A stretch of DNA of 64,000 nucleotides from Gemmataceae bacterium (lineage in GTDB: Bacteria; Planctomycetota; Planctomycetia; Gemmatales; HRBIN36): positions 14,632-78,631 of the forward strand of contig PSKW01000011.1 of assembly GCA_040289265.1 (NCBI GenBank). Direction: 5' to 3'. The notes under the pieces are model-generated. The model worked only from the letters and a program-made list of their open reading frames with translations. It did no database searches and was not told the origin of the DNA. Made by a program: the position numbers and the translations under genes. How positions within the stretch are numbered: the stretch's first letter is position 1; each line of letters begins with the position of its first letter. This document shows positions 28,979 through 38,946 of the stretch, piece after piece.

Positions 28979-29293
28979 CTCTGTTTCCCCAGCTGGGCAC
29001 AAGGACCCATAACGCATGCAAACTGGCGAAACCAATTTGGCATCTCGGTTCATTCTATTGGCTGGCCAATTGGCATAAATCAAGCCTAAAGCAAAGTGTT
29101 CAGAAAACGCCTGGGCTCACTTGCCTTAAGGGCTGGGTTTTGCAAATAAGCCTCGTCAATGATCCTTACTCCAGACGGTTTGTTTGGGCCGTATGGCGCC
29201 CCTCAGCCGATAATGATAAATGCCGAGCGAAGCTTAACGACTCGGGAACGAACTCAGGCCACCATCGGCAAAATGGATAAATCGGGGGGCAGG

Positions 29294-29515
29294 ATGGTGA
29301 AGCCGTACCTACGGCTGTACGATCCGGACAACGAGCACGAAAGCAGGCAGGAACCTACAGTTCGCGTGCGTCTCGGTGATCTATTTCCACTGCTTGTGCA
29401 GGCCCATCGGGGTAACTATTTATGGCTCAACGACTTCCAAGACGACGAAATCTACGTTACGCCCGATTTGTATGAGGTGTTGTGCGCCTTCCAATGCTAC
29501 CGCCCATCGGCATAA
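29294..29515 (+). CDS. Small acidic hypothetical protein (73 aa)
   Basis: G-rich SD before the ATG; globular-looking sequence ending WLNDFQDDEIYVTPDLYEVL. Confidence 0.65.
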   Translation: MVKPYLRLYDPDNEHESRQEPTVRVRLGDLFPLLVQAHRGNYLWLNDFQDDEIYVTPDLYEVLCAFQCYRPSA

Positions 29516-29622
29516 GAGCGCATCGCCAGGCGTGATTCAGTCAACGACGTTGATCGTCGAGTCACTGACAAGATCTCTGGACCGCAAAACTACCATAGCT
29601 TGAGTCAATCTCCCGGCCCGAG

Positions 29623-30495
29623 TCAATCTTCCGGCCACTGGATAGAAGGGGCTTGTGTCGAGCCGGGCATTTTGGTCTCAGGCCGTCCCAGGTTTTGGAT
29701 AATGTCAACTTGGCCACGCAACTCGGCATCTAGCAAACGGATACGTTGTTCCAGCTCGCGCACTTTGGCTTTTAGAGTGCCCACCTGCACGGTCAGGTCA
29801 TCCTTGGAAGGCGGGCGTGGTACCGCTGGATAGCCTAATTGCCGTTGTATAGCCGCGAAAAAGTAAAGTGGATCTCGTCCGTGACTGGCCTTTGCGATCT
29901 TCCCTTCTTTTTCGCCGAAGACAATCATCACTCGTTCGCTTTCGCTTGGGTGTTCTTTGGCATACAACTCGGAATAGAGGTAAATCAGATCGGAGAACTC
30001 GATTTCTCCGATGCTGCGCCGCACCGTTTCCATAAACTGCCGCCAGGCTTCGTCAAAAAAACCGTCACGCTGGATGCGCAAAAGTCCCTCGTCATATCCT
30101 AACCGGTGACGGCACAATACTTCGAACTCGAACAGAAACAATCCTGCAGGCGTGGGGCTTTCCGAGCGATAACGGGCCTCTGCCTCCAAAATGGCCAGCG
30201 CCATATCGAAGCTGAACCGCAATCCCTCTTCCTCTGATTTGCGCACCACGAAAGCCTGGAAAGGGGTGAAATAATGACTCAGTCTTTCGAAGCCGGGAGC
30301 CAGCACCCCGCTATGCTTTATCTCTGTCGCCAGGTACTGGATGGCATAGGGCAACTTGGTAGTCGTGAGGATCTCTTCGTGGATGTGAGTGAGGATCTCC
30401 TGGGCAGGAAATTGGTCACGTAATCTCTCGCGCAAGACGCGAAAAAAGTAAGCCTGCTCGACATACTCCTCGCGCTCCAGGACAGGCGCCAGCAT
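29623..30495 (-). CDS. Conserved hypothetical all-alpha protein, divergent from rpmB
   Basis: GGGAG SD; LEREEYVEQAYFFR, TTKLPYAI, HYFTPFQ, RDPLYFFAAIQRQLGYP; C-terminal coiled coil. Confidence 0.75.
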   Translation of the reverse strand: MLAPVLEREEYVEQAYFFRVLRERLRDQFPAQEILTHIHEEILTTTKLPYAIQYLATEIKHSGVLAPGFERLSHYFTPFQAFVVRKSEEEGLRFSFDMALAILEAEARYRSESPTPAGLFLFEFEVLCRHRLGYDEGLLRIQRDGFFDEAWRQFMETVRRSIGEIEFSDLIYLYSELYAKEHPSESERVMIVFGEKEGKIAKASHGRDPLYFFAAIQRQLGYPAVPRPPSKDDLTVQVGTLKAKVRELEQRIRLLDAELRGQVDIIQNLGRPETKMPGSTQAPSIQWPED

Positions 30496-30598
30496 TGTGA
30501 CAGCTCCCTCGTAAAGTAGACCCAAGCCGGCTTGTAGGGGCCCTTGCTCCTCGTATATTAAGATTCTTAGGCAGAATACAGACGAAAGGGGCCGAGCG

Positions 30599-30859
30599 AT
30601 GGGAATGCATTGTGCTATTTGTGGGAAGACGCCGGTGTTCGGCAATAAGATCGTCCGCCGGGGAAAAGCCAAATACCTGGGCGGCGTGGGTCGCAAAGTG
30701 ACCGGCATCAGCCGGCGCAAGTTCAAACCCAACCTGCAGCGGGTGCAGGTGGTTATAGACGGGGCCGTGCGCAGAGTGCGTGTTTGTACCCAGTGCTTGC
30801 GCAGCGGCAAGGTACAGCATCCGCCTAAACGCAAGGCTTTTGCGCTCGACAAGGTTTAG
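30599..30859 (+). CDS. rpmB: 50S ribosomal protein L28 (zinc-binding form)
   Basis: CAICGK, RRKFKPNLQ, VCTQCLRSG. Confidence 0.97.
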   Translation: MGMHCAICGKTPVFGNKIVRRGKAKYLGGVGRKVTGISRRKFKPNLQRVQVVIDGAVRRVRVCTQCLRSGKVQHPPKRKAFALDKV

Positions 30860-30947
30860 ATTCGAGTGACGCTGTCCCGATCACTTGGAGCACGCGACGG
30901 GCTTTTCAAGGCTTAGCGGCGCCGATCGTGTTCGCTGGGGGACGACC

Positions 30948-31235
30948 ATGGCCTTGACCGAAGACCAGGTGCGGTGGGTTGCTCACTTGGCCCGACTCGA
31001 GTTTGCGCCAGAGGAAATCGAACTCTTTACGGCTCAGCTCAGCCAAATCGTGGATTACGTCAACCAGCTCCAGAAACTAGACACGGAAAAAGTCGAGCCG
31101 CTGGCGCACTGTTTGCCCATCAGCAACGTTTTTCGCCCCGACGAGGTGCAGCCGAGCTTGACTGTAGACGAAGCCCTGGCTAACGCGCCCGATCGTCGTG
31201 GAGCTTATTATGGCGTGCCCGCTGTATTGGACTGA
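30948..31235 (+). CDS. gatC: Asp/Glu-tRNA amidotransferase subunit C
   Basis: VAHLARL, LDTEKVEP, NVFRPD, LANAP, VPAVL. Confidence 0.96.
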   Translation: MALTEDQVRWVAHLARLEFAPEEIELFTAQLSQIVDYVNQLQKLDTEKVEPLAHCLPISNVFRPDEVQPSLTVDEALANAPDRRGAYYGVPAVLD

Positions 31236-31300
31236 AAACCCCTAGCGCATTCTTGGCAAAACGAAAGTGACTAGAGCCTGGGACTGGGGAAAAGGCCTTT

Positions 31301-32809
31301 ATGGAGCTGATTGATCGTACGGCCTATGAATTGTTGGACCTGCAGCGACGGGGTGAAGCGACGGCGGAAGAGATCGTCCAGGCATTTTGCAATGCTGTGG
31401 CCACGCGTGACCCACTGATCCGTGCTTTTTTGCACTTCGATCGCGACACAGCGCTCGAACAGGCTCGGGCGATAGATCTCAAGCGTCGTGCCGGACAACC
31501 ATTGGGCCGGCTGGCAGGCATACCGGTAGCCATCAAAGATGTGTTGTGTACACGCGGCGTGCCGACCACCTGTGCCAGTAAGATATTGCGCAACTTTGTT
31601 CCGCCCTACGACGCGCACGTCATCGCACGGCTCAAGGAGGAAGACGCCGTTTTATTCGGCAAGACCAACATGGACGAATTCGCCATGGGGTCCTCGACCG
31701 AGAATAGTGCCTATCAGATTACACGCAACCCGTGGGACCTAGAACGCATACCCGGCGGCTCGAGCGGGGGATCGGCAGCAGCGGTAGCCGCGTGCGAAGT
31801 CCCCTTGGCTTTAGGTAGCGATACAGGCGGTTCCATACGGCAGCCTGCCAGCTTGTGCGGCATTGTCGGTCTCAAGCCGACCTACGGGCGCGTCTCGCGC
31901 TTCGGTTTAGTGGCCTTTGCCAGCTCGCTGGATCAGATCGGTCCATTCGCCCACGACGTGCGCGACACGGCATTGCTTACCGAAGTGATCGCCGGCCACG
32001 ATCCGCGCGATAGCACCAGTGTAGATCGTCCGGTGCCGCCTTATGTTGCGAAGTTGGACGAGCCGGTCCGACCGCTGACCGTCGGCGTCGCTCGCGAGCA
32101 CTTCGCCGAAGGACTGGACGCGGATGTGGAACGGTGCATTCGGCAAGCCATCGAGGTCTTTCGCTGTCTGGGTGCCGAGGTCAGGGAAATCCGTCTGCCC
32201 CACAGCGACTTTGCCGTCGCTGTCTATTATCTGGTCGCCACGGCAGAGGCCTCGAGCAATCTGGCCCGCTACGATGGCGTGCACTACGGGTATCGAGCCG
32301 AGCGCTACGATAGCATGATCCACATGTACAGTCGAACTCGCGGCGAGGGCTTCGGCAAAGAGGTCAAAAGACGCATCATGCTCGGCACCTATGCCCTGTC
32401 CAGCGGCTATTACGAAGCCTATTACCTCAAGGCACTCAAAGTGCGCCGGCTCATCAAGGAGGATTTCGATCGCGCCTTTGCCGAGTGCGACGTCGTCCTC
32501 GGGCCCACATCGCCTACGGCAGCCTTCCGTGTCGGCGAAAAGATAGACAATCCCCTGGCAATGTATCTGTCGGACATTTACACGATCAGCTGCAACCTAG
32601 CAGGTATTGCCGGTATCAGTGTGCCCTGCGGATTCACCAAACAAGGATTGCCGGTCGGTTTACAGATTCTGGCGCCGCCCTTCGCCGAGGAAAAATTGCT
32701 GCGCGTGGCGCGTATGTACGAACGGGAAACAGACTGGCACCTGCGACGTGCGCCGTGGCCTCCTCGAGGATCGCCAGCCGGCAACGGCCACACCGCGGCT
32801 GGGACTTAG
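31301..32809 (+). CDS. gatA: Asp/Glu-tRNA amidotransferase subunit A
   Basis: Amidase signature [34 protein letters not shown]; [10 protein letters not shown]. Confidence 0.98.
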   Translation: MELIDRTAYELLDLQRRGEATAEEIVQAFCNAVATRDPLIRAFLHFDRDTALEQARAIDLKRRAGQPLGRLAGIPVAIKDVLCTRGVPTTCASKILRNFVPPYDAHVIARLKEEDAVLFGKTNMDEFAMGSSTENSAYQITRNPWDLERIPGGSSGGSAAAVAACEVPLALGSDTGGSIRQPASLCGIVGLKPTYGRVSRFGLVAFASSLDQIGPFAHDVRDTALLTEVIAGHDPRDSTSVDRPVPPYVAKLDEPVRPLTVGVAREHFAEGLDADVERCIRQAIEVFRCLGAEVREIRLPHSDFAVAVYYLVATAEASSNLARYDGVHYGYRAERYDSMIHMYSRTRGEGFGKEVKRRIMLGTYALSSGYYEAYYLKALKVRRLIKEDFDRAFAECDVVLGPTSPTAAFRVGEKIDNPLAMYLSDIYTISCNLAGIAGISVPCGFTKQGLPVGLQILAPPFAEEKLLRVARMYERETDWHLRRAPWPPRGSPAGNGHTAAGT

Positions 32810-32830
32810 TCGGTCCGAAAAGGTCGGGTT

Positions 32831-33535
32831 ATGATCCCGCTATGGCTCAAAATTGCCTATACGGGTTTTTTGGCAATGCTCGTGCCTGTTTATTGGTATC
32901 ACTATGGGCCGGTCAATTTTTTGTTTTTGTGTGATGTAGCACTTTTTGTCACGTTCCTGGCACTCTGGGCCGAAAGCTCCCTTCTGGCCAGTTCGCAACT
33001 CCTGGTGATCTTGCTGCCCCAAACCATTTGGATGCTGGACTTTTTCACGTATTTGCTCGTTCGCGTACCGCTGACCGGAGTCACTGCCTACATGTTCGAG
33101 GCCGATCGCCCACTGTACTTGCGCGCGTTGTCCCTTTTCCACATTTGGCTGCCGATTCTTTTGGTGTGGATGACCTGCCGCTTGGGGTACGATCGGCGCG
33201 CGCCATTGTTGCAGCTGGCTATTCTGGCAATCGTTTTGCCCCTGTCCTATATGCTGTCCCTGCCGCCTGATCAAGAGCGTGGGCAAGACAATCCCTGGCA
33301 AGCGCGCAATGTCAACTACGTCTATGGCTTTCCCGAAGAAAAGCGCCAGACGATCATGCCGGCTTGGCTGTGGTTGGTTTGCCTGATCGGGTTTCACGTG
33401 GGGTGTGTCAACCTACCAACGCACGCCGTGTGCACCTGGCTGTGTCAGCCGCCGGGGAGTAAGCTTACATCACCATCTGTGAACCGAACGTTGGACTCTT
33501 CGGTCGAGTCGGCGAAACGCAAAGGGAATCTATGA
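32831..33535 (+). CDS. Integral membrane protein (YwaF/TMEM164-like Cys/His pattern) located between gatA and gatB
   Basis: About 6 TM helices; NFLFLCD, SLFH, NVNYVYG. Stop overlaps the gatB start (ATGA). Confidence 0.7.
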   Translation: MIPLWLKIAYTGFLAMLVPVYWYHYGPVNFLFLCDVALFVTFLALWAESSLLASSQLLVILLPQTIWMLDFFTYLLVRVPLTGVTAYMFEADRPLYLRALSLFHIWLPILLVWMTCRLGYDRRAPLLQLAILAIVLPLSYMLSLPPDQERGQDNPWQARNVNYVYGFPEEKRQTIMPAWLWLVCLIGFHVGCVNLPTHAVCTWLCQPPGSKLTSPSVNRTLDSSVESAKRKGNL

Positions 33536-35004
33536 GCGCTCTTCCATACGAAGTAGTGATCGGCTTGGAAGTGCATGTACAGCTCTTGACCAAATCCAAG
33601 CTCTTTTGCGGGTGCCGGAACGAGTTCGGGCTGCCACCCAATTCGGCGACGTGCCCGGTTTGCATCGGCATGCCTGGTGTTCTGCCGGTCATGAATCGGG
33701 AGGCCTTCGAGTTGGCACTCAAAGCGGCCCTAGCCCTCAATTGCGAAATCGCTCCGTTCACCAAGTGGGACCGCAAAAACTATTACTACCCCGATCTGCC
33801 CAAGAACTATCAGATCAGCCAATACGATCTGCCTTTCAGTCGCAATGGCTGGCTGGAAATAGATACCGCCGCCGGTCCCAAGAAGATAGGACTGATTCGC
33901 GTTCACCTGGAAGAAGACGCCGGCAAAATGCTCCACGATGAAACCGGCCAGGGGCGCGATAGCCTCGTGGATCTGAATCGCGCAGGCACGCCGCTTCTGG
34001 AGATCGTGACGCGACCGGATATGAACAGTCCGGAAGAAGCGCGGCTATTTCTCGAAGAGATCCGACTTTTGTTGCGCGAGCTGAAAGTGTCCGATTGCGA
34101 GATGCAGGAGGGCAGTCTGCGCGTGGATGCCAATGTCAACATCCACATCCCCCAAGCGGACGGAGGCTTTGTAGCAACGCCGATCGTGGAAGTAAAAAAC
34201 CTCAACAGCTTCCGCGCCGTCGAAAAGGCTATGGCCTACGAGGCACAGCGCCAGTACGAGGAATACCAGCAGACCGGCAAAAAACTCGGAGAAGTCCCTA
34301 AAGCAACCGCCGGCTGGGACGAAACCCTGGGCATGACCGTGGTCCAAAGACGCAAGGAAGAAGCGTCGGACTATCGCTATTTCCCGGAGCCGGACCTGGT
34401 TCCCGTGGTCGTTGACGAGGCATGGCGGGAGCGTATACGTGCCAGCTTGGGTGAGCTGCCGGCAGCGCGCCGGTGCCGCTTCCAGAATCAATACGGCCTA
34501 TCCGTCTACGACGCACGCGTGATCATCAGCCAAGGACTGGCTTTCGCCGACTATTTCGAGGAGTTGGCCAGCCTGGTGGGCGATGCCAAAGTCGCCGCCA
34601 ACTGGTGTACCAATCAGGTCTTGCAGGTGCTCAACGAGCGTCAATGGACCATTGCCGAGTTTCCGCTGCGCCCGTCCCAACTGGCGGAATTGTTGGAACA
34701 GGTCCGCAAATACCGTATCAACCCGCAGCGGGCCCGAGACGTGTTCATGCGCATGATCCAGACTGGGACGAGCGCCGAGGTCTTGGTGCGGCAGATGGGC
34801 CTCGATGTGACTTTCGACATCGAGCAACTGCGCCAGCTGGTGCGGCAAGCGATCGCCAACAATCCCAAGGCGCTAGCCGATGTCCGCTCGGGAAAAGCCA
34901 AAGCTATAGACGCCTTGGTGGGCCCCGTTATGCGTGCTACCCAAGGCAAGGCACCCACAGATGTCGTACGCCAACTCCTGCAGGAAGAATTGCAAAAAGC
35001 CTGA
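33532..35004 (+). CDS. gatB: Asp/Glu-tRNA amidotransferase subunit B
   Basis: IGLEVHVQL, RKNYYYPDLPKNYQISQ, HLEEDAGK, DLNRAGTPLLEIV, EVKNLNS, DYRYFPEPDL. Confidence 0.98.
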   Translation: MSALPYEVVIGLEVHVQLLTKSKLFCGCRNEFGLPPNSATCPVCIGMPGVLPVMNREAFELALKAALALNCEIAPFTKWDRKNYYYPDLPKNYQISQYDLPFSRNGWLEIDTAAGPKKIGLIRVHLEEDAGKMLHDETGQGRDSLVDLNRAGTPLLEIVTRPDMNSPEEARLFLEEIRLLLRELKVSDCEMQEGSLRVDANVNIHIPQADGGFVATPIVEVKNLNSFRAVEKAMAYEAQRQYEEYQQTGKKLGEVPKATAGWDETLGMTVVQRRKEEASDYRYFPEPDLVPVVVDEAWRERIRASLGELPAARRCRFQNQYGLSVYDARVIISQGLAFADYFEELASLVGDAKVAANWCTNQVLQVLNERQWTIAEFPLRPSQLAELLEQVRKYRINPQRARDVFMRMIQTGTSAEVLVRQMGLDVTFDIEQLRQLVRQAIANNPKALADVRSGKAKAIDALVGPVMRATQGKAPTDVVRQLLQEELQKA

Positions 35005-35082
35005 GCTTGACGGTCAGGTGCCGGACGTGGCAAGAGGCAAACGGCTCCGGCCCATTGACCAGCAGCGTAGATGGGAGCTAGA

Positions 35083-35418
35083 ATGCCCTCGGAGAATATT
35101 TCTCCTGCCATTCCGGGTTCGTCGCTGAGTCATATGCAGGAGCTTATCCGGAGGCGCTACGGCGCCAAAGATGCTGCCCGCGGGCTCGAAGGAACGTATC
35201 TGTGGCTGATCGCGGAATGCGGTGAATTGGCCGCGGCTATCCGGCACGGCCAGCTTTGTTCCATGCGTCAAGAACTTGCCGACGTGTTGGCCTGGCTATT
35301 GTCTCTGGCTAATGTGGCCGGAGTGAATCTCGAAGAAGCTTTTGTCGCTAAATACGGACAAGCCTGTCCCGGCTGCGGCCAGGACACGTGCGTGTGTGAC
35401 CGGCACTCGAAGCCCTAA
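35083..35418 (+). CDS. Single-domain MazG-like nucleotide pyrophosphohydrolase with C-terminal CxxC-CxC
   Basis: AECGELA, ELADVLAWLLSLAN, KYGQACPGC. Start inferred from a GGGAG SD. Confidence 0.85.
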   Translation: MPSENISPAIPGSSLSHMQELIRRRYGAKDAARGLEGTYLWLIAECGELAAAIRHGQLCSMRQELADVLAWLLSLANVAGVNLEEAFVAKYGQACPGCGQDTCVCDRHSKP

Positions 35419-35436
35419 CGACGGCTGCCCAAGGCT

Positions 35437-37788
35437 ATGAAAAGCACCTGCACCTCGATTGCCTGCATCACCGCGTGGCTGACTTGTCTGGCCATCGGAC
35501 TAGCCCAAGAAGTAGAAACAAAAATCTCCAGTCTGGCGCTGGGCCTTTCGTCGCGTGAACAGGTACTGCGGCTCGGCAAATGGTGTCCGGTGTATGTAGA
35601 CATCGAGCTCAACCCGAAAGCTGTAGCCAGTCAAGCCGAGGGGTATCTCATCGTTGAGACCGAAGACGCCGACGGTGGCGTGTGTCGGACCGAGCCTCTC
35701 CATTGGGCAGTGACACGTCAGGAAAGCATCCGCACTTACCTCACTTACATCAAGCCTTCGGGTTGGTCCGCCACCGTCACGGCCAAGCTTTTGGATCCCC
35801 AAGGTCGAGAAATAGCCCGGCGCCGCACTAGCGTGGGAGCTGGCAGCTCGCGAGTCATCCTCCCTAGTCAACCACTGATCCTGTGCATCGGCAGCGCCAG
35901 TGGGTTGCAAAACATGGGCCCTTTGGCTTCTGCCGATCCGAAGGACAGGGGCACGGTCGCCGCAGGGCGTACCTCCGTGCCGGTCGAGCCCACCGTAGTA
36001 GAGATAAACAATCTTGCCGACCTGCCTCATAAATGGCTCGGCTACGACGGCGTGGACGCCATTGTCCTGCCCACGGGAAAAGCATGGCAAGGAAGTATCG
36101 CCCAGGCTCTTGCCAATGATCCCGCCCGACGACAGGCACTGGTCCAGTATGTGGAACTGGGGGGACACCTGATCGTCAGCGTGGCTGCCAACGCCCCCAT
36201 TATCGCTCGAGAAAGCAGCTTTCCTATCGTCGAATTGTTGCCGGCGCAAATAGACCCCCAGACCGCACTGTCTCTCGAACGTCTGGACGGGGTCGAGATG
36301 TTCGTCAAATCGCGCGTTGCAGGAACGGATATCAAGCCGCTGCGTGCCAACAAGCCAGATGGTACCGTGCCGGTAGCGCGTCTGGCGCAACTCCCGCCGG
36401 GTACGCGCTTCATTGTCTCGGAAAAAAATCCGACCTTTTCCGATGTGCAGCCGCGTATCCCGGTCGTCGTCGAAAGAAACTTCGGCTTGGGACGGGTGAC
36501 GCTGGTCGGCTTCGACACCGATATCGGACCCTTCAGCACTTGGGAGAACAACAACCTCTTCTGGCGGGCCTTGTTCCAGTCCGCACTGTTGGCGAAACGC
36601 GACCCAGGCGCGTCCGCACCGTTGGGCATCCTCGAGGAATTGCCGGATGCTAAGCTACAAAACTGGCTAGAGCGATTCCCGGGTGTAAGCACCGTCGGTT
36701 TTGGTTGGGTGGCTTTGTTTGTCCTCGTCTACTTGGTACTGGCTGGGCCGATCGAGTACGTCGTTTTGCGTAAGCTGGGCAAACTGGAGTGGACATGGGT
36801 AACTTTTCCGACGCTGGTAGGCGGCGCGTGCGTGCTCGCCTATTTTTTGGCAGTCCATTTGAAAGGCAACCAATTATGGATCAACAAAGTGGACATCATT
36901 GACGTGGACGCCGATCGAGGGCGCCTGTACGGCACCACTTGGTTTTCCCTGTTTTCGCCTCAATTCCGTTACTATGACCTGTCCGTGGAACCGCTGGGAA
37001 CGCATGGTAAGCCGGACGTGTTGCTAACGGAATGGTTCGGCACGAGCCAAAGCACGCTGCGGGGAGTGAACACCCGGCGGACGGCAACCTTGTTTTCCCG
37101 CGCTTATAGCTGGGCAGATCAAGGTGCAAAATTGGAGCGTGTGCCGATCTCCGTGTGGACGGCCAAGTCGTTTTGCAGCCGTTGGGCAGCTGCTAGCTCT
37201 CCGCGCCAGCTTTTTACGAGCGAACTAGTACTGGATGGCACCCAGCTGACTGGTAAGCTTCGCTCGCATTTGCCGGCCGAGTTGGACAGTTGCTATCTGA
37301 TCTTCCGCGACCGGGTGTGGGATCTGCGCAGTATGAAACCAAATGAGGAAGTGCTCGTAGATCCGACCGCCGCGGGACCTTTTCAGAAATTAGGCTCTTT
37401 TTCTCCAGCCTTTCCAGGCCTGGGTCACCTGCTGGGTTTGGTTCCCCCCGGCCAAGTGTCCAACCCGGCACAAGCAGCGAGCGCCTTGTATGCTTATCTG
37501 GACCAACGACGGCGCCTCCAGGCGGATAGCGAGGAGGCTATCCTCATAGGCCGGGTGAGCCATCCAACGAGACGAGCGACCGGCCCATCGAGCTACTCAG
37601 AAGTAGCGGCCGCGTCGGGTGAAGACTTGGCTGGTGCCTTGGCAGAAAAAAGTTGGGGCTGCCGGATCGCTCACTTCGGCACGATCCCCAACGGCAAGGT
37701 CCAGGAGGAAACCTGGCTGCGGGCCTATCTACCCATCCGGCGTCACAATGCTGCCGGTCCCTGGAGCCGGCAAGGGGGATCGCCATGA
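35437..37788 (+). CDS. ABC-transporter-associated membrane protein with a GATase-like periplasmic domain
   Basis: Signal peptide, LPHKWLGYDGVDAIVL, WVALFVLVYLVLAGPIEY/WTWVTFP TM pair; ATGA overlap with the ABC ATPase. Confidence 0.7.
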   Translation: MKSTCTSIACITAWLTCLAIGLAQEVETKISSLALGLSSREQVLRLGKWCPVYVDIELNPKAVASQAEGYLIVETEDADGGVCRTEPLHWAVTRQESIRTYLTYIKPSGWSATVTAKLLDPQGREIARRRTSVGAGSSRVILPSQPLILCIGSASGLQNMGPLASADPKDRGTVAAGRTSVPVEPTVVEINNLADLPHKWLGYDGVDAIVLPTGKAWQGSIAQALANDPARRQALVQYVELGGHLIVSVAANAPIIARESSFPIVELLPAQIDPQTALSLERLDGVEMFVKSRVAGTDIKPLRANKPDGTVPVARLAQLPPGTRFIVSEKNPTFSDVQPRIPVVVERNFGLGRVTLVGFDTDIGPFSTWENNNLFWRALFQSALLAKRDPGASAPLGILEELPDAKLQNWLERFPGVSTVGFGWVALFVLVYLVLAGPIEYVVLRKLGKLEWTWVTFPTLVGGACVLAYFLAVHLKGNQLWINKVDIIDVDADRGRLYGTTWFSLFSPQFRYYDLSVEPLGTHGKPDVLLTEWFGTSQSTLRGVNTRRTATLFSRAYSWADQGAKLERVPISVWTAKSFCSRWAAASSPRQLFTSELVLDGTQLTGKLRSHLPAELDSCYLIFRDRVWDLRSMKPNEEVLVDPTAAGPFQKLGSFSPAFPGLGHLLGLVPPGQVSNPAQAASALYAYLDQRRRLQADSEEAILIGRVSHPTRRATGPSSYSEVAAASGEDLAGALAEKSWGCRIAHFGTIPNGKVQEETWLRAYLPIRRHNAAGPWSRQGGSP

Positions 37789-38711
37789 TCGAGACGCGCG
37801 AGCTGACCAAGATGTATGGCCAATTGTATGCCGTCAACCGGCTCAATTTGAAGCTGGAACGCGGGGACGTGTACGGTTTCATCGGTCCCAACGGCGCGGG
37901 CAAGACGACCACTATGCGTATGCTCGCTACGTTGTTGGCGCCTACCTATGGCGAGGCAACTGTGTGTGGATACTCGATTTACAAGTCGCCGCGCGAGATT
38001 CGCCGTCTGATCGGCTATATGCCCGACTTTTTCGGCGTGTACGACGACATGAAGGTTATCGAGTATCTAGAATTTTTCGCCGCCGCCTACCGCATCCAAG
38101 GGCCTGCCCGCCGCAAGAAGTGCGAGGAAGTGCTGGAGCTGGTGGACCTGGCTTACAAGCGGGACGCGCTAGTAACGAGTCTGTCGCGAGGGATGACCCA
38201 ACGGCTGGGCTTGGCCAGGGTGTTGCTGCACGAGCCGCAGGTTTTGCTGTTGGACGAGCCAGCCAGCGGTCTCGACCCACGCGCCCGCATCGAGATGCGT
38301 GCCTTGCTCAAAGAGTTGCGCAATATGGGCAAAACCATCCTCGTCTCCAGCCATATCCTCCCCGAACTGGCCGACATTTGCAACAAAATCGGCATCATCG
38401 AGCGAGGCGAACTGATCTTCGACGGCGATGTCCGTGAGGCGCTCAGTCGCGTGCGCCCGCACCTGATCATGCACGTGGGCGTAGGCGAGCGCCAGGAAGA
38501 GGCGACGAGCTTGTTGCGCAGCCATCCCCACATCACCGACGTAACGCAAAAGGACGGCGTGCTGGTCGTCGCACTTTCCCCAGAAGTACGTGATCCGAGC
38601 TTCATTGCGGATATACTCATACGTTCCGGCTTCCGTTTGACATTGCTCAAAGAGGAAGAAGTCAACCTCGAAACCGCCTTCATGAGGCTCACCAAAGGGA
38701 TCACCAACTGA
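37785..38711 (+). CDS. ABC transporter ATP-binding protein (ABC-2 exporter type)
   Basis: GPNGAGKT, LSRGM, LLLDEP, SSH, NLETAFM. Confidence 0.95.
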   Translation: MIETRELTKMYGQLYAVNRLNLKLERGDVYGFIGPNGAGKTTTMRMLATLLAPTYGEATVCGYSIYKSPREIRRLIGYMPDFFGVYDDMKVIEYLEFFAAAYRIQGPARRKKCEEVLELVDLAYKRDALVTSLSRGMTQRLGLARVLLHEPQVLLLDEPASGLDPRARIEMRALLKELRNMGKTILVSSHILPELADICNKIGIIERGELIFDGDVREALSRVRPHLIMHVGVGERQEEATSLLRSHPHITDVTQKDGVLVVALSPEVRDPSFIADILIRSGFRLTLLKEEEVNLETAFMRLTKGITN

Positions 38712-38946
38712 AATCCCCTTCGGCTCGGCCTGATCGGCTGCCACTTGGTTCAGTCGGGCCGATCCTGCGCTACCAGGAGCGGATAGAACGTCATTCCTCG
38801 TCTGTCCGGTCTGTGCCATAATACCGGATAGACAAAGGGATACTACAATGGCACAAGGAACGGTGGCAGGCCGGTGAGGTAGCTACGGGCCCTGGCATGT
38901 CTCCGCGATCTGCCTATCCGTTTCTCCAGGCGATAGGGAGCCTGCA

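Noticed and set aside
29071-29085. TGGCATAAATCAAGC as a sigma54 promoter
   Set aside because: Only GG-N10-GC is satisfied; the -12 TT is missing, so chance is likely.
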